NCBI GenBank assembly: GCA_030141605.1
Contig: JAQGDQ010000044.1
Span: 744,001-808,000 of the forward strand
Length of the DNA stretch: 64,000 nt
Direction: 5' to 3'
Origin: Tubiluchus corallicola
Taxonomy: Eukaryota; Animalia; Priapulida
The position numbers were made by a program, and so were the translations under genes. Within the stretch, counting starts at the first letter, position 1, and each line of letters starts with the position of its first letter. Shown here piece by piece: positions 41,005 to 54,020 of the stretch. The notes below the pieces were generated by a model. That model searched no databases, was not told the DNA's origin, and saw nothing but the letters and a program-made list of their open reading frames with translations.

Positions 41005-42120
41005 GCTACCTACATAGCCACCCACCTAACTTCCTGCCTACCCACAGTCTGCCAACCTGCCTACCTACCTATAGGCACATCCTACTTACCTACCAACCCT
41101 CTGCCTTCTTACCCACCTACCTACCTTCCTACCGACTTACCTACCGACCGACTGACCTACCTACCTATACCTAAATGCCTACCTACCTGCCTACTTAGCT
41201 GCCTACCTAGATACCTGCTTTGCCTACCTATATGTACATCCTACTTACCTACCTACGCCCTGCCTTCTTACCTACTTACCTGCCTGCCTACCTACCTATC
41301 TACCAACCAACCTACCTTCCTACCCACCTACCTACCTACCTAACTAACAACCTATTGTTCGTATGCCTGCCTGCCTGCCTGCCTATTCCCTGTTTGTACT
41401 ATTCCCCTATATACCTGACCAGCTACTTACCTACGTATTTACCTACCTGCTTACCTTCTTACATACTACTTAGTACCCACTTACCTACCTGCCTACTTAG
41501 CTGCCTACCTAGATACCTGCTTTGCCTACCTATATGTACATCCTACTTACCTACCTACGCCCTGCCTTCTTACCTACTTACCTGCCTGCCTACCTACCTA
41601 TCTACCAACCAACCTACCTTCCTACCCACCTACCTACCTACCTAACTAACAACCTATTGTTCGTATGCCTGCCTGCCTGCCTGCCTATTCCCTGTTTGTA
41701 CTATTCCCCTATATACCTGACCAGCTACTTACCTACGTATTTACCTACCTGCTTACCTTCTTACATACTACTTAGTACCCACTTACCTACCTGCCTACTT
41801 AGCTGCCTACCTAGATACCTGCTTTGCCTACCTATATGTACATCCTACTTACCTACCTACGCCCTGCCTTCTTACCTACTTACCTGCCTGCCTACCTACC
41901 TATCTACCAACCAACCTACCTTCCTACCCACCTACCTACCTACCTGCCTACCTAACTAACAACCTATTGTTCGTATGCCTGCCTGCCTGCCTATTCCCTG
42001 TTTGTTACTATTCCCCTATATACCTGACCAGCTGCTTACCTACGTATTTACCTACCTGCTTACCTTCTTACATACTACTTAGTACCCACTTACCTACCTG
42101 CCTAGTGCCTACGTACTTAC
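41005..42120. repeat. (CCTA/CCTG)n-derived array with 302-bp higher-order unit x3
   Basis: Near-identical blocks start at 41181, 41483 and 41785. Confidence 0.95.
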
Positions 42121-44225
42121 CCAATAGTGAGGCACATGCTTACTTAACACTAGGGCAGCACAGATCTAAAATTCTTTTGGAGTAAGTCTTACGAAACTGG
42201 CTCCACTATAACTTCCTACCTACCTAGGCAATTACTACTGCCCTGCTTTTCTGTGGTTCCTGCACCTAACGGTTGTCTATAGTTTGGTAAACAATGTGGA
42301 AAAGGCATCAACGCATCACTAAATCAGTATAGCGATAGATGATTATACGGTCGCGTATGTCAGTCCCTATTCCCCATACCATTCTAAATCTTTTATTACT
42401 CGAGATTATACAATCCCCAGTTGATAGGATGCGTGTCATACCCAATTTGCTGTGATTAAACTATTCAAGCGACAGATAAGATCGAACAAGAGGCTTACTT
42501 CCACAGAAGCGCGCAAGAATAAGTGACAATTCTCACATGAATTCGTGAACAAGGCACAGAGTCTATTGGCGTATAATGGTTTTTACATATCAGAAGGTTA
42601 TTTGTCAAGATGGGTTACCATCCTCATAAGACATGGCGCCTTTAATCATATTTCCCTTTTAGTAATTGCAATCTTAAAGCAATCAAGCACTTCCTGGATG
42701 TGCTTCTGAGTTTTCAAATCTTTTTGAACAATTCTGGCGTGCCCTACGTGTCCAGAAATACTAAACGTTATTTTACATCTACAATACTTGGCTGAAACAA
42801 ATAGTGAAGAAAAATGTTGGATTTTTTATTTTCGTTTGCCCGTGCAAGCCGACCAGCATTCAGAATAAAGGCAGCAAACACGATTTGGTAAAAATTACAT
42901 TCTGTAGTAAACCGGAACTGTTACTGTTCACAGAGGAATGCTGACCTAGCATTGATCACTAAGTAAATTTATTCTCTATAGTCTTGGGGCTACTACTTAA
43001 TCCCTGAAGAAGCTTGGGTAGCTTTATCCAAATAAGGAAAGATTTCTAAAACGGCAGAATTGTCAGATGTTCAAATGCTTAGCAGGTACTAACCAGAACG
43101 AGTGCTGCTTCACTTTGAAAAACTTTGAGGTTATGACGCCAATCTGACTCATCGTGGTACATGTATGTAAATAATGTACTTTCTCAGTATAGTATAGTCT
43201 TGGCCTAGTACATGCTTCATACTTAAATAATCCATACTAGACCAGTGTACCGTGTAGACCACGTGGTGTACTGCTTGGTTTTTTTTATCTGCCTTAAGCC
43301 GTACCACATATATATATACATTGTAATGTACAATGACTCCTGCTTTTAATCGAGAACAGAGAAAGGAAAGAGTGAATGAGCGAGAGAAGGAAAAAGAAAT
43401 CAGAGATAGACAAAAGAAATTTAAAATTCAAAATTTTTAAGAAAAATAAACGTGACTAATTTATTTCTACTGGGAGTCCAGTTGTTCAGAGGCTAAAATT
43501 GGACATTGTCCAAAAATCAGATGGATTTTGGTCAAAATATGCGTGAGGAAGGCGTGATTCCGCGCATATTTTGTATCATTTTTCGAAAAATGGGTTATTT
43601 GTACATGGATGGGAACCTAATACGTTGGTAAACATCAGACGATGATACATTTAATGTACGATCTATAATGTAGTCAGGTACAGGCATGCCACATTGCGTG
43701 TACATTATAAATGCACTTTACCTATATGTTGGTATTAGCAAATTACGAGTAGCGCATTGCGTTAGTGAACCGCCTCCGTTCTATAACTGCGCCGAGGCTT
43801 TTGTTTGCTAAACAATTTTTCCCCAGGAAAATCAAAAAGTTCGTGTAATCTTTTGTCGTGAGATTATTCATACATTCACGCACCTGCATAGTGTATTTGT
43901 TTTGAAATAACGCCAGTCTAGCAGGTTCGTTGTGAAAGAAAATAGCAGCAAAGTTTATTAAATTTTCAGAGGAATTTACGTTATTAGAGTGAAGCCTTTG
44001 TACCTTTTAGCTGATAATGTTGTCAATATATAGTATTACAAAAAACTTAATCGAGCGCGCAATTCTGATAAGGTTAATTTTCGTGCCAGGACAAGCTACC
44101 TCATACTATGCTCCTAAAAATAAAATAATATATTCGTTTAATATATTAAGATTAGTTCCAAAGCTTCACAACAGGACTGAGGCATCCAAGGCGTAGCAAC
44201 AAGAACTTATTTATATAAGGAAGCC

Positions 44226-44228
<3 letters not shown>

Positions 44229-44268
<40 letters not shown>

Positions 44269-44344
44269 TCTTTCTTTCTCTCTCTTTCTCCCCTCTCTCT
44301 TTCTCTCTCTCTCTCTTCATCACTCTCTCTCCCCTCTCTCTCCC

Positions 44345-44395
<51 letters not shown>

Positions 44396-44463
44396 ACTCT
44401 CTTTCTCTCTTTCTCTTACTCCCTCCTGTCTCTCTCTCTTTCTCTCTGTCTCTCTCTCTCTTT

Positions 44464-44539
<76 letters not shown>

Positions 44540-44600
44540 TCTCTCTCTCTGTCTCCTTCTCTCTCTCCCCATTCTCTCCCTTTTATTTTCTCTCTTCATC
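44229..44600. repeat. (CT)n microsatellite
   Basis: Direct read. Confidence 0.95.
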
Positions 44601-46431
44601 ACGGAATAGTAAGCAGTATCAATAATGTGCACACGTTCCACACAGTGTTCGTTACATATGACAAACACATTTTTTAAAATTTATCCTGCAGACCTGCATA
44701 CTTTACAGTTTAGTACTTTATGTAGTTGGTCATATTTACTGCCACTGATATTTATGACGAAGCAAAAAACCTTCATAAATCATAAACAATAATATCAAGT
44801 AATCAGGCCTCATATTATTTGAAAGGTTTCATCTATTTTATACAATCTGCATGCGAGCCAAAACTGTTTAAATAATAGTTTACATCAGTTCCATAATATT
44901 ATTAATTTCACATATAACTGAAGGGTTTCACATTAAACTGCATGAAACACAATCATGTGGTGAATTGTTATTAGAGAAGAGTAATTTCAGGATAAACTTT
45001 ACCTAAACTGACCTGGCTCGGTGGTGGTATGCGATCGTGCCATTATTATTCGCTGGTATCAAATTACGAAGCGTCAATAAAATACAAAATTAGAAATTTT
45101 CTGCATCGTCGAAAATGGCTGCTAAACTCGCTGAATAGCTAGAGAATAATTTGACATATATCAGTAAAATCGAGGTGAATCCGTTGAGAAAAAACCGTAA
45201 AATATGAAAAAATAACCAAATATTTCGCTCCTACCCAATGAATAGTTTCACAAAATAAAAAATGTTCGTCCTGCTGTAGAAAGTTTGTAATAAATACACA
45301 ATTAACTAGATACACTATAGATTTAATAACCACTTATTTCGAAAGGTCTTAATTGTTCTGACTATTTAAATTACAGGCCAAAAAATAAAATAAAACAATG
45401 CATAGCTTCGTAATTTACGATACGTCGTGGTACAACGTACATAAACTACATAAACTAATTCACGTCGTTATCTAATTATATTGAACCATTAATATTGCTT
45501 TCTCTTACTTATATGTTTTTCAAGCTAAAGAAATAGCTTTTTGGTGCGTTATAAATCAAAAACTGTTTTAAGTTGTTTTGTGTCAACTTCATCTCAAAAA
45601 CAGCAAAACTTCTGAACTAAATAAAACAGTAAACACTCTATAAGCACTAGGAAAATAAACTGTTACAAGCGTTTTGCAAAAATAAACTGTTACAAGCGTT
45701 TTGCAAAGACGGTGTTTTCTACACGTAATTTTGCCCACAGATATTTTATCTGCAAAAAGCAACGAAACATAAGCTTATCATTGGTACTTGGCATTCTAAT
45801 TAAGTAATATTTTTTATTTAAATAGGACAGCATTAGTTTCCAAACTGCACAACAATATTGAAGCGATCTTCGCAAGAGTTTACTTAACTGACATCGTACT
45901 TGGTGCATTGACTTTAAGTCTAACTCCTGTGTACGACATATATAAAAATATATTTTATGTTTCTTATCAATGTGCCGCCTCTCCATATATTTATCCGGAT
46001 GTTGTTACGTTTTTACTTTAGATAGAAAGTGATCTTGAACTACGCCGTTAGTTCCATTTTCCAAAATCAAAGGTAAAAAAGGTTTCACAGGCCCAACTGT
46101 TGGTTTTCTAGCTTCGCAGTATAGCAGACATAACATATTTTAAAACAGAATGATCAGTTAAGGTGTATATGTACAGAGGGTGATCTGGTTACACTGTAAG
46201 AGCTGAGCAAATTTACGGATGCGTGAAAATAAACAATAGATTTAATATGATAGCATTGTGAACAGAGATGGACAGCTCGTGGAACGAGGGTCATTTGTTT
46301 TTCCACTCGTTGTTGGTTTTGTCATTAAATGCTGGTTAAATTCACAAGTGAGAACTTTAATTACCGTCACAGGGCTTTCTCGGGTTTATTTAAAGTTCAC
46401 TGATTGTCTTCGTGTTAACTGTTGTTAAATG

Positions 46432-46911
46432 CAGGGCCTATTTCAGCCTAAGCGAGGCCCCCTGGGGGGGGGGGGGGCGTTGGACGGGCGCCACCATGGT
46501 TGGCGCCCAGAAAATTTTTGAACTGCTAGAACGCCGGAGAAGTATTTTCGAAGAGAAAATATGAAGTTATACAGTTGTTAAAGGAAAGAACAATTGAAAG
46601 AAAAACTGCTTTATTCTCAAGACCAGTCCTTAATACTTGTCAAATAGTCAAATAAAAAACAACATCTTTGCAATATGTGATACCGTACTCTCTCACTTCC
46701 GTACAAGCCGGTGTTAGAAATTCCGAAATTGAAAACAGCTGAACATCGCACCGAGCCGCTCAAGGCAAACGGCGCGCGTGCGGCAAGAGAGAGGGAGAGA
46801 GGAGACAGTATGTTCGCAAAAAGCAAAAAAAATGTTACTTCGGCGCGAGGCCCCCCTGGAAGGAGAGGCCCCAGGGAAGTAACCCACTCCCCCCCCCTGA
46901 AATAGGCCCTG
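46432..46911. mobile_element. Intact hAT-type MITE, 480 bp
   Basis: Perfect 15-bp TIR cagggcctatttcag / ctgaaataggccctg; perfect 8-bp TSD gttaaatg (46424-46431 and 46912-46919). Confidence 0.93.
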
Positions 46912-47325
46912 GTTAAATGTATGTAATTAAAATATAACTGGTTAGTTAATTATGTCTGCCTTCATGTTTTTTTGTTAAGTAGCAGTTCAGTAACTCTCGT
47001 GGTGATATTGAGAAAAATGATTTACGTGGTGCGTGCTGCTAAAATATTGCATGTACACAGCACAGGTACAATACATTCTTAGACATTTTGGTTACTCTGC
47101 AGAAAAGAGTGACCAGAGCTATAAATAAATACCCCAATAAGTCTTCTCTTAATGTACAAAGTAGTTCAATTCCTTCAACTTTACTTTCAAACACTTAACT
47201 ATCTGTTACTGTATCAATTTCTTTTCTTCAGGTCTGCTTAATCATTACCTATTTGGCTTTTGTTAACTACTTAATTAGTGCATAATAGACTCTGCCTATA
47301 TGAACTGGTTGCATGTTTGTAAAAT

Positions 47326-47368
47326 TACCACTGGTGATGACAGCAGCAGCTTGTCGAAACGTTTGGTA
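47326..47368 (+). ncRNA. Minimal type I hammerhead ribozyme-like motif (Penelope/retrozyme type) with one core mismatch
   Basis: tacca-CTGGTGA-t-gaca(gcagcagct)tgtc-GAAA-c-GTT-tggta: stem I tacca/tggta, stem II gaca/tgtc, palindromic aacgtt in place of stem III. Confidence 0.6.
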
Positions 47369-48435
47369 TGATTTTAGCAATTTAAAGTAAAAGTTTTAAT
47401 ACCGTTGTATTGCTTTTAAAGTTCTATAAATGTTTTTAAGTGTCTGTAATAAAAATTAACTTCGTTATTTTGTAGATTTACTTGCCTTCCTCGTCACAGT
47501 AGGGAATATGTGTTTTTTTACTGTTACATAAGAGGAAGTGATTAAGAAAAGGCATAGGTTCGAGAAGTGATCTTTTCCCTAACTAACACTGTTTAAATGT
47601 AACAAAGAATGTATGCCTAGCGATTATATAAAGCATTACTTGTAACACAAATTGCAAATAAAAATGTAAATTACTTTTGTGTAGGCTAAACGTCTTTTAG
47701 AAATGTGTACATAAAACTAATTCCTAAGCTTCACGTCGCAAAAAGGATGGCTAAAATTTTACTATGAATATATTCATCAACTCAGCAAGCCAAACAAAGG
47801 TGTAAGCTATATAATGTTCTACAGATTCGCTCGCTATTTGCCTTACGATATATCCTTTGCATAGGGAAGAGTACGCTTACAACAGAATTATGTGTTAGAA
47901 ATTAGAATGTTAATATATATTTATTTTACAGTGCAACTTATTATAATGGATACTCCCACGAATCACGGTGAGCAACGTCAACGATGCCCAGACTTTCAAA
48001 TACGAGTTCTGTCCAATTCAAATCATGTAATGTTGCTGATTACGAGAATTTCGCACATTATCGCCTTGCATCATCCAAAATAGTCGAAACCCTAACATTC
48101 CACGCCAATGAGTCACGCGAAACTTGATTTACTGCACTGTCTGCTACCTTTTCTTTTACCCCTGTAAATTGATTTATTACTGGCGCCCATACAGAACCCG
48201 TTATCAGTTCAAAATTTGTGTCAGACTTCCACTGTCATCTACCCAGTGGACAATAAGAAGCCTGTAGCTATTTGCATTATAATGGTGAGCTGGCATCATT
48301 GCGTACGGTCACATGCAAATCTTGTTCCAGGAATTTCTGGTCGAAAGACTTGACCCGAATACTCATCTGGATGTTATTTTTGTTGTCCTTGTTGGAATTG
48401 GATAAGAGGCTGTGTAACCAACATTTACAATAGTA

Positions 48436-49075
48436 ATTATAATAACAATAATTTCGTTTAGGACATAAGCCAGGTAATCCACCGTAGGTAATTCAATACT
48501 TATTTCCGTGGTGGTTCCAGTTATTACCCGCATGCGGAGCTGGATTATGGCTTTTTGGGGCCCCTACGTTAATGAAATTATGGGGCACCCTCAGACGAAG
48601 CCACCCCTACCTCGCCGCATCCGTCTTGAATATTTTTTTACTTGTGATATAGTTTAGCGACATTTAAGTAGGTTGAAATAAACTTATTGCAAATTCTTTA
48701 AATAAACCAGAATAGCATGTCTTTTGTTTGTCAATAAAAATATTCTTTAAAAGAAATATCCCTATTTTAGTATTTATTGCCAACCAAATTAGCATATATT
48801 CCAACATAACCGTAGTGAAAAACACAAATGTCAACCAAAGTTTGAAAGCTCCCCCCCCCCCAAGCATGAGCAGTTCTAGGCTGCAACCTACGCTGGCCTG
48901 TTGGATAATCCAGTCCTGCCCGCATGTTACTTCGATAATCATAAACACGTACGCTTATCAAAGAAGAACCATCGGTACCATTTTTAAATCTTTGGAATTT
49001 TTAAATCTGGACAGTTGGCCCGCAATCTCCACGGTAGTAAGCGAGCACGTTACCACTGAGCTATTCCCACACCCA
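48436..49075 (-). mobile_element. tRNA-derived SINE (Meta-domain-like), older copy interrupted by a MITE
   Basis: Both halves (48436-48534 and 48919-49075) align with the intact copy at 51038-51277. Confidence 0.75.
48535..48918. mobile_element. hAT-type MITE nested in a SINE
   Basis: TIR cggagctggattat / ataatccagtcctg; perfect 8-bp TSD cccgcatg (48527-48534 and 48919-48926). Confidence 0.85.
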
Positions 49076-50189
49076 ATAACTATAGACAAGTCAATAATGT
49101 TCCATCTAGCAGCAGTGTAACTGCACAGCTAAATAACACAAGGAGGACGTTTTCAACAGAACGACTGAACTACACCAAACAACAGGGGCAACTTTTGTAG
49201 ATGGTGTGGTGCTGGTAGGAAGAGAACCTTTCATGAATGATAATCCTCTGCGATTTCAAATTAGGCACTCATATTGCGAACTAGCAACAGTTAACGTGGC
49301 AGTAGTAAGGCATTAAAGTTATTATGAAGTTCCAAGTAGGGTATGGAAGTTATTATAATTTTTGGTTTCGATGCTTAATAAATTACTTAATAAAAAGCTG
49401 ATTCGACTCCAATGTTTACATTGGAACTGGAAGTGGTGCTGAATTGTGAATGTGTGTGTAACGTATTTTGTTAATCATGTTTACTATTGACAAGCTATCA
49501 GCATAGTAGTGTTAGTTTTTTGCTGGATTCACTGCTATGTTTACCTGTATTGAGAGCAGATTTCTTTTATTTTAGAATTCTCCCTGTCCACTACAACATG
49601 TGGTTGTTTCTTCTCCTCTTTTCCTTCTTCCTATCCCTAATCTTACTATTTTTTTCCATTCCATCATTTCTTCTTGCCCCAACCATTCTTTCATTCTCTC
49701 ATTTCCTGTCACCTCAACAAGCCAAGCTTTCAAGGTGTCATACAGCAACTCTTTTATTTGGTTAATTTGACTTCATCAACGTTTTTTAACCTATACTGTT
49801 TCTTTTTTTTCAATAATTTTGTACGTTGATGTATTGTATATGTATTGCTGGAGTGAAATAAATTGATTTTGATTTTTGAACATAGTCGTAATGGGAATAA
49901 ACTATAATGATACGATGATGAATGTTTACAGGTTCTAAACTGTACTTTGCTCATCGGCTTTACTAGAAAACCTGTATACAGAGTTTGTATTGTTTTTGTA
50001 TATTTTTGTAACTACAACACTTAGTGAAAACACATCGTGAAATCAGACGCGCCATACATTCTTGCTTTCAATGCCAGCTGGAGCCTGGGTCAGTTGCTTA
50101 GCGATAAATAACCTAAATTTGTTAATGTAAGTCACTACGGTTGCTAGATGGAGACTTACTTTTTGCATCAGACTGAATAACAATAAAAA

Positions 50190-50252
<63 letters not shown>

Positions 50253-50330
50253 CAGCAGTAGCAGTAGCAGTAGCAGTAGCAGTAGCAGCATCAGCAGCAG
50301 CAGCAGCAGCAGTAGTAATAATAATAATAA
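50190..50330. repeat. (AGT)n/(AGC)n microsatellite
   Basis: Direct read. Confidence 0.95.
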
Positions 50331-51037
50331 CTTGTAATTCATAATGGATCTATTTCAGATATTTTAGTATAATACAAGTACTGTCATAATATTCATTCAC
50401 AGACCAGTTAGCTCAAGGGAAAAGAATTTTCACCTCAAAAACTGCTATATATATATATATTATTTATATATCATCTATATATACATTTATTTGCATATTA
50501 TAATGCCATACATTGACAAGTTAGTATGATGGTAGCAATGTAAATTACTAAAGTAATTAATTAATTGAACAAAAGTGTTAGATACATAGTTTCAATTTCA
50601 TCGTACGTAAATTCGGGTATTAATATTTCGTTGTTCAACGTTCAATAAAATTCACGTGCTACTACTAATCCGATCATTGCAACCATAATTATTGTCATAA
50701 TAACGTAGAAAAATTTTATTCTTTCCCAACGTTGTTAAGCTATTCTGAGTATTTAAGACTGACAATGCACGCAAGAGTTCATTTTTAGAGTTATCAATTG
50801 ATTTCGATAGATTCAGAGCACGTTTAACAATTATCTTTGTAAGAGGATACGTGTCTGCAAAGCATGTTGTCATACTACAATGAGAATTCCTTGGAAAAAC
50901 ACGGCGTAAAATTTTTCTATATTCCATTGCTAATGGATCGTTATTGTCTGTTAACTCAAATATTGAGCTACCATAGAAAAATGTATAGCAAAAAATATGA
51001 AGATAACAATTTCATTAAAGCAGATTTATTAGTTATT

Positions 51038-51277
51038 AGTAATAATAATAATTTCGTTTAGGACATAGTCCAGGGATATCACCTTAAGTAACTCAATACT
51101 TTTCAAGATGGTCCCGATTACCCGTTCAAGGTGGTCCACGTACTACGATAAGTACGTGTGCTTGGTTGAAGAACCAGCGGTACCATTTTCAAGTATTTGG
51201 TATGACTCGGTCGGGAGTTGAACCCGTGACCTCCGGAGTGAGAAGCGAGCACGCTACCATTGAGCTACACCACCCGG
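51038..51277 (-). mobile_element. tRNA-derived SINE with Meta-domain-like core and (TTA)n tail
   Basis: Minus strand: A-box tagctcaatggt, B-box ggttcaactcc, then gagtcataccaaatacttgaaaatggtaccgctggttc (recalled MetaSINE central domain), then tail aaattattattatt. Confidence 0.8.
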
Positions 51278-53412
51278 TAAGTAACAGTTAAAAAAGGATG
51301 AAAGTGAATTAGCAGCTGTAAAGCCACTTTTGAAATATATGACATCCAGTGATTGATTTAAATCATAGGTGACAATACGCCCTAAGTGATTAACACTATC
51401 GTGCCATTTTAATACTTTTCCATTAATTTCAATATTAGTTACATTAGCATGTTTTCATTTTCTGAATAGAATCATTTTCGGTGGCAAACTCCCTGCATCT
51501 TTTAATCATCTTTTTTGAAGCATTTACAGACGGAGCAAGGAGAGTTACGTCGTCCGCGTAACCAGTCGCCCCGACAAATTGGTTTAGCAAGTAACATTCT
51601 AATCTGCTTTTTTAGCTTATGTAGTAGATCATTAATATATACCGTGAACAAAATCAAAGAAAGCATGCTGCCTTGTCTTATTCAGTGAGTCGGCAGTATC
51701 ACAGGTCACGTGACGCAAGTAAGCAATAGCTACCCTGCATCTTTATTCGAATAGCTCACAGCGCAAAAAAAGCTTCGTGCCAATCTAAAGGCGAACTATT
51801 CTGCGTTTCAGCGTTGCACGGCAATTAAAATCTCCACCGAACTTTCGTGTTGAACTGCAAACGTGAGCATTACATACAAATAAGATCTTGGAAATGTGGT
51901 ATAACTTTTCCACCTAGACATTTCATACTCAACATGCAGCTGGTCTTTTCTTGTCCTTTAAATGATCGGTTGTGTCCGAGTTTCACCACTTTTTGAGGAT
52001 GCGGTAACTGTAATGTTATTTCAACATTTTTAACGTGCAGTTAACTTAGGAATTAATTACAGCCTATAAACTGTTAGCTCAGCTCTTTAAAAAACGAGCC
52101 CACTTCCTAAATTCCCATTTCCAGAATGGCTTAATAAAATTACAGGTCAATCGGGTAAACGATAATAATTTTGCACTTTTTTGAAAGCGACTTGCTGCTC
52201 CTGTTCTAATAGCATAAACACTGCAGCAAATAACAAAAAGTCATATTATGAATGTACATATTATTGCGCTTTTTACTCATAATTGTGGAGCAGCTTTCAT
52301 CGATTCAATGGCATGCAGCATCGTTATTAATATATCCCTGGAACAGGATATGATCACATATTATGAGTCTTCTCTTCCTGGAGGTAACTTAAATTAATGA
52401 CTTGCGTAACAGTAGTATAGATAGACATTTCGCACCACAGAAAAATCGTATAATACTGCGCGCTACAGTCAAGCACGCAATTCTGCATAATTTTACATAA
52501 TTCCAGACACATTTTAGATAAATTCCCACAAAGTTAGTCACATGTATCATGATGTATGTCGTTTGGTAAAACTAAAAACACTTACCGTAAAAAAATTATA
52601 ACATTTCCGCCAAGAATTTTTCCCATCCACCATTAGACAGCAATGCCAGCTTACAGCTATGAAGGTAGGGTTACCAAATTAACGTATTTTCAACAAGCAT
52701 GAAGTTCTAGCAATCTTTGACAAAACGTCGCCCTGCGGTCACTTTTAATCAACTGGACCTTATGTCGTATTGTTGTTTTGTTAACTCGCCAGTGAGCATT
52801 TCGTCGTCTGCTGATTGCACCTGTTGCGCTCAGGTGAAGATGCTTAGCTTCCGGCTTCAGCGAATGAATGTTGAAACCTCCTCTGGCTGAATCAACGAAG
52901 CTGTAATCAGATACAGCGCCACACTGTGGCAAATACTCTAAACATTGTACATGCAGAACCAAGCCGTCTGTGTACACTTCACATTTTCATAGCAAATTTC
53001 CTTCAATAAAATAATGCAAATGTTATGTGAAATTTAATATGAAAAGTTTGTATGTTTGTGAATGTCCTTATTGGATATTACATTCTCTGATATATTCCGT
53101 ATAATTAAATAATCGTTTTATACTTTTTTGTTTGCATTTAGACACATTTGTCGTGAAACAGTGTTATTATTTTAACATTATGACTATAATGTTGAGGCTT
53201 ACTCAGTTTTATTGTAAAAACAATGAATCATTTTAATGAGAAATAAAATACTACTACTACTAATAATAAATGCCTAGGCGTTCAATGAGGGTGCCAATAG
53301 GAAGGAAAAAATTTACTATTTGTATAAAAGAGGACGTCTTATGATCAATTCTAATGTGCAATTCAGAGCCAATGCTAATGTATCAGGTTTTTAATTTACA
53401 GGCCAATGTTAA

Positions 53413-54020
53413 AGGAAAACAGGATAATTCTTCATATATTGCTCCATTTTCAGGTCAGATAAAAAGTATGCATTTTAACAGAGTTAATACTGCGAAAATT
53501 GTTTCTGATAACCAAGTAATAGATTTTAAACTTAATTAACGGCAGACGAGCACAACTATTCATGACATCACAAACTAAAATAATTTTCAACAACAAAATC
53601 TTTCCATGAGTACGTTGCACAGTTTGTTAAAGCGAAAATTGAAGTACAGTGCTACTGTAAGATTTCAGTGTGCTGTACTAAAATTAGGCAAGCTCTAAGA
53701 TAAAAATTCACATTTCAAATTCACCTCTGTGCTCACACATAAGCTGTCTAACGTGTGTAGTTTGTCACAAACTAACACATGTAAACTGATAGGTACAGCA
53801 CCTGTTTTTGTACAATGTATTTCCGAAATACAGACGCTACTGCCCATCCAACTACGAATGGCAAACAGCAAGGAACTAGTGACGCGAAAGCGAAATTGTG
53901 TTTGTGTGGTGGTAATAATTGTTTCACGTAAGTCACTTTTGAAAAAAAGTATGTTTCCTTTGAATATTTTAAAGAGTAGTTTGTTTTGACCTACAGTTTA
54001 AGATTGGGTCCAGTTTTGCT
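53413..54020 (+). mobile_element. Non-autonomous TTAA element, family A, full-length copy
   Basis: TTAA|aggaaaacagga ... gattgggtccagttttgct|TTAA. Confidence 0.8.

Noticed and set aside
42995-43050. Hammerhead-like CTGAAGA...GAAA
   Set aside because: Stems I and III cannot be formed convincingly.
51195-51277. tRNA gene
   Set aside because: A and B boxes are present, but it continues into a SINE core and tail and has a decayed sibling; no convincing acceptor stem or terminator.
52690-52977. 95-aa minus-strand ORF as a protein-coding exon
   Set aside because: No recognisable homology and non-ATG start; retained only as a possible UTR exon.
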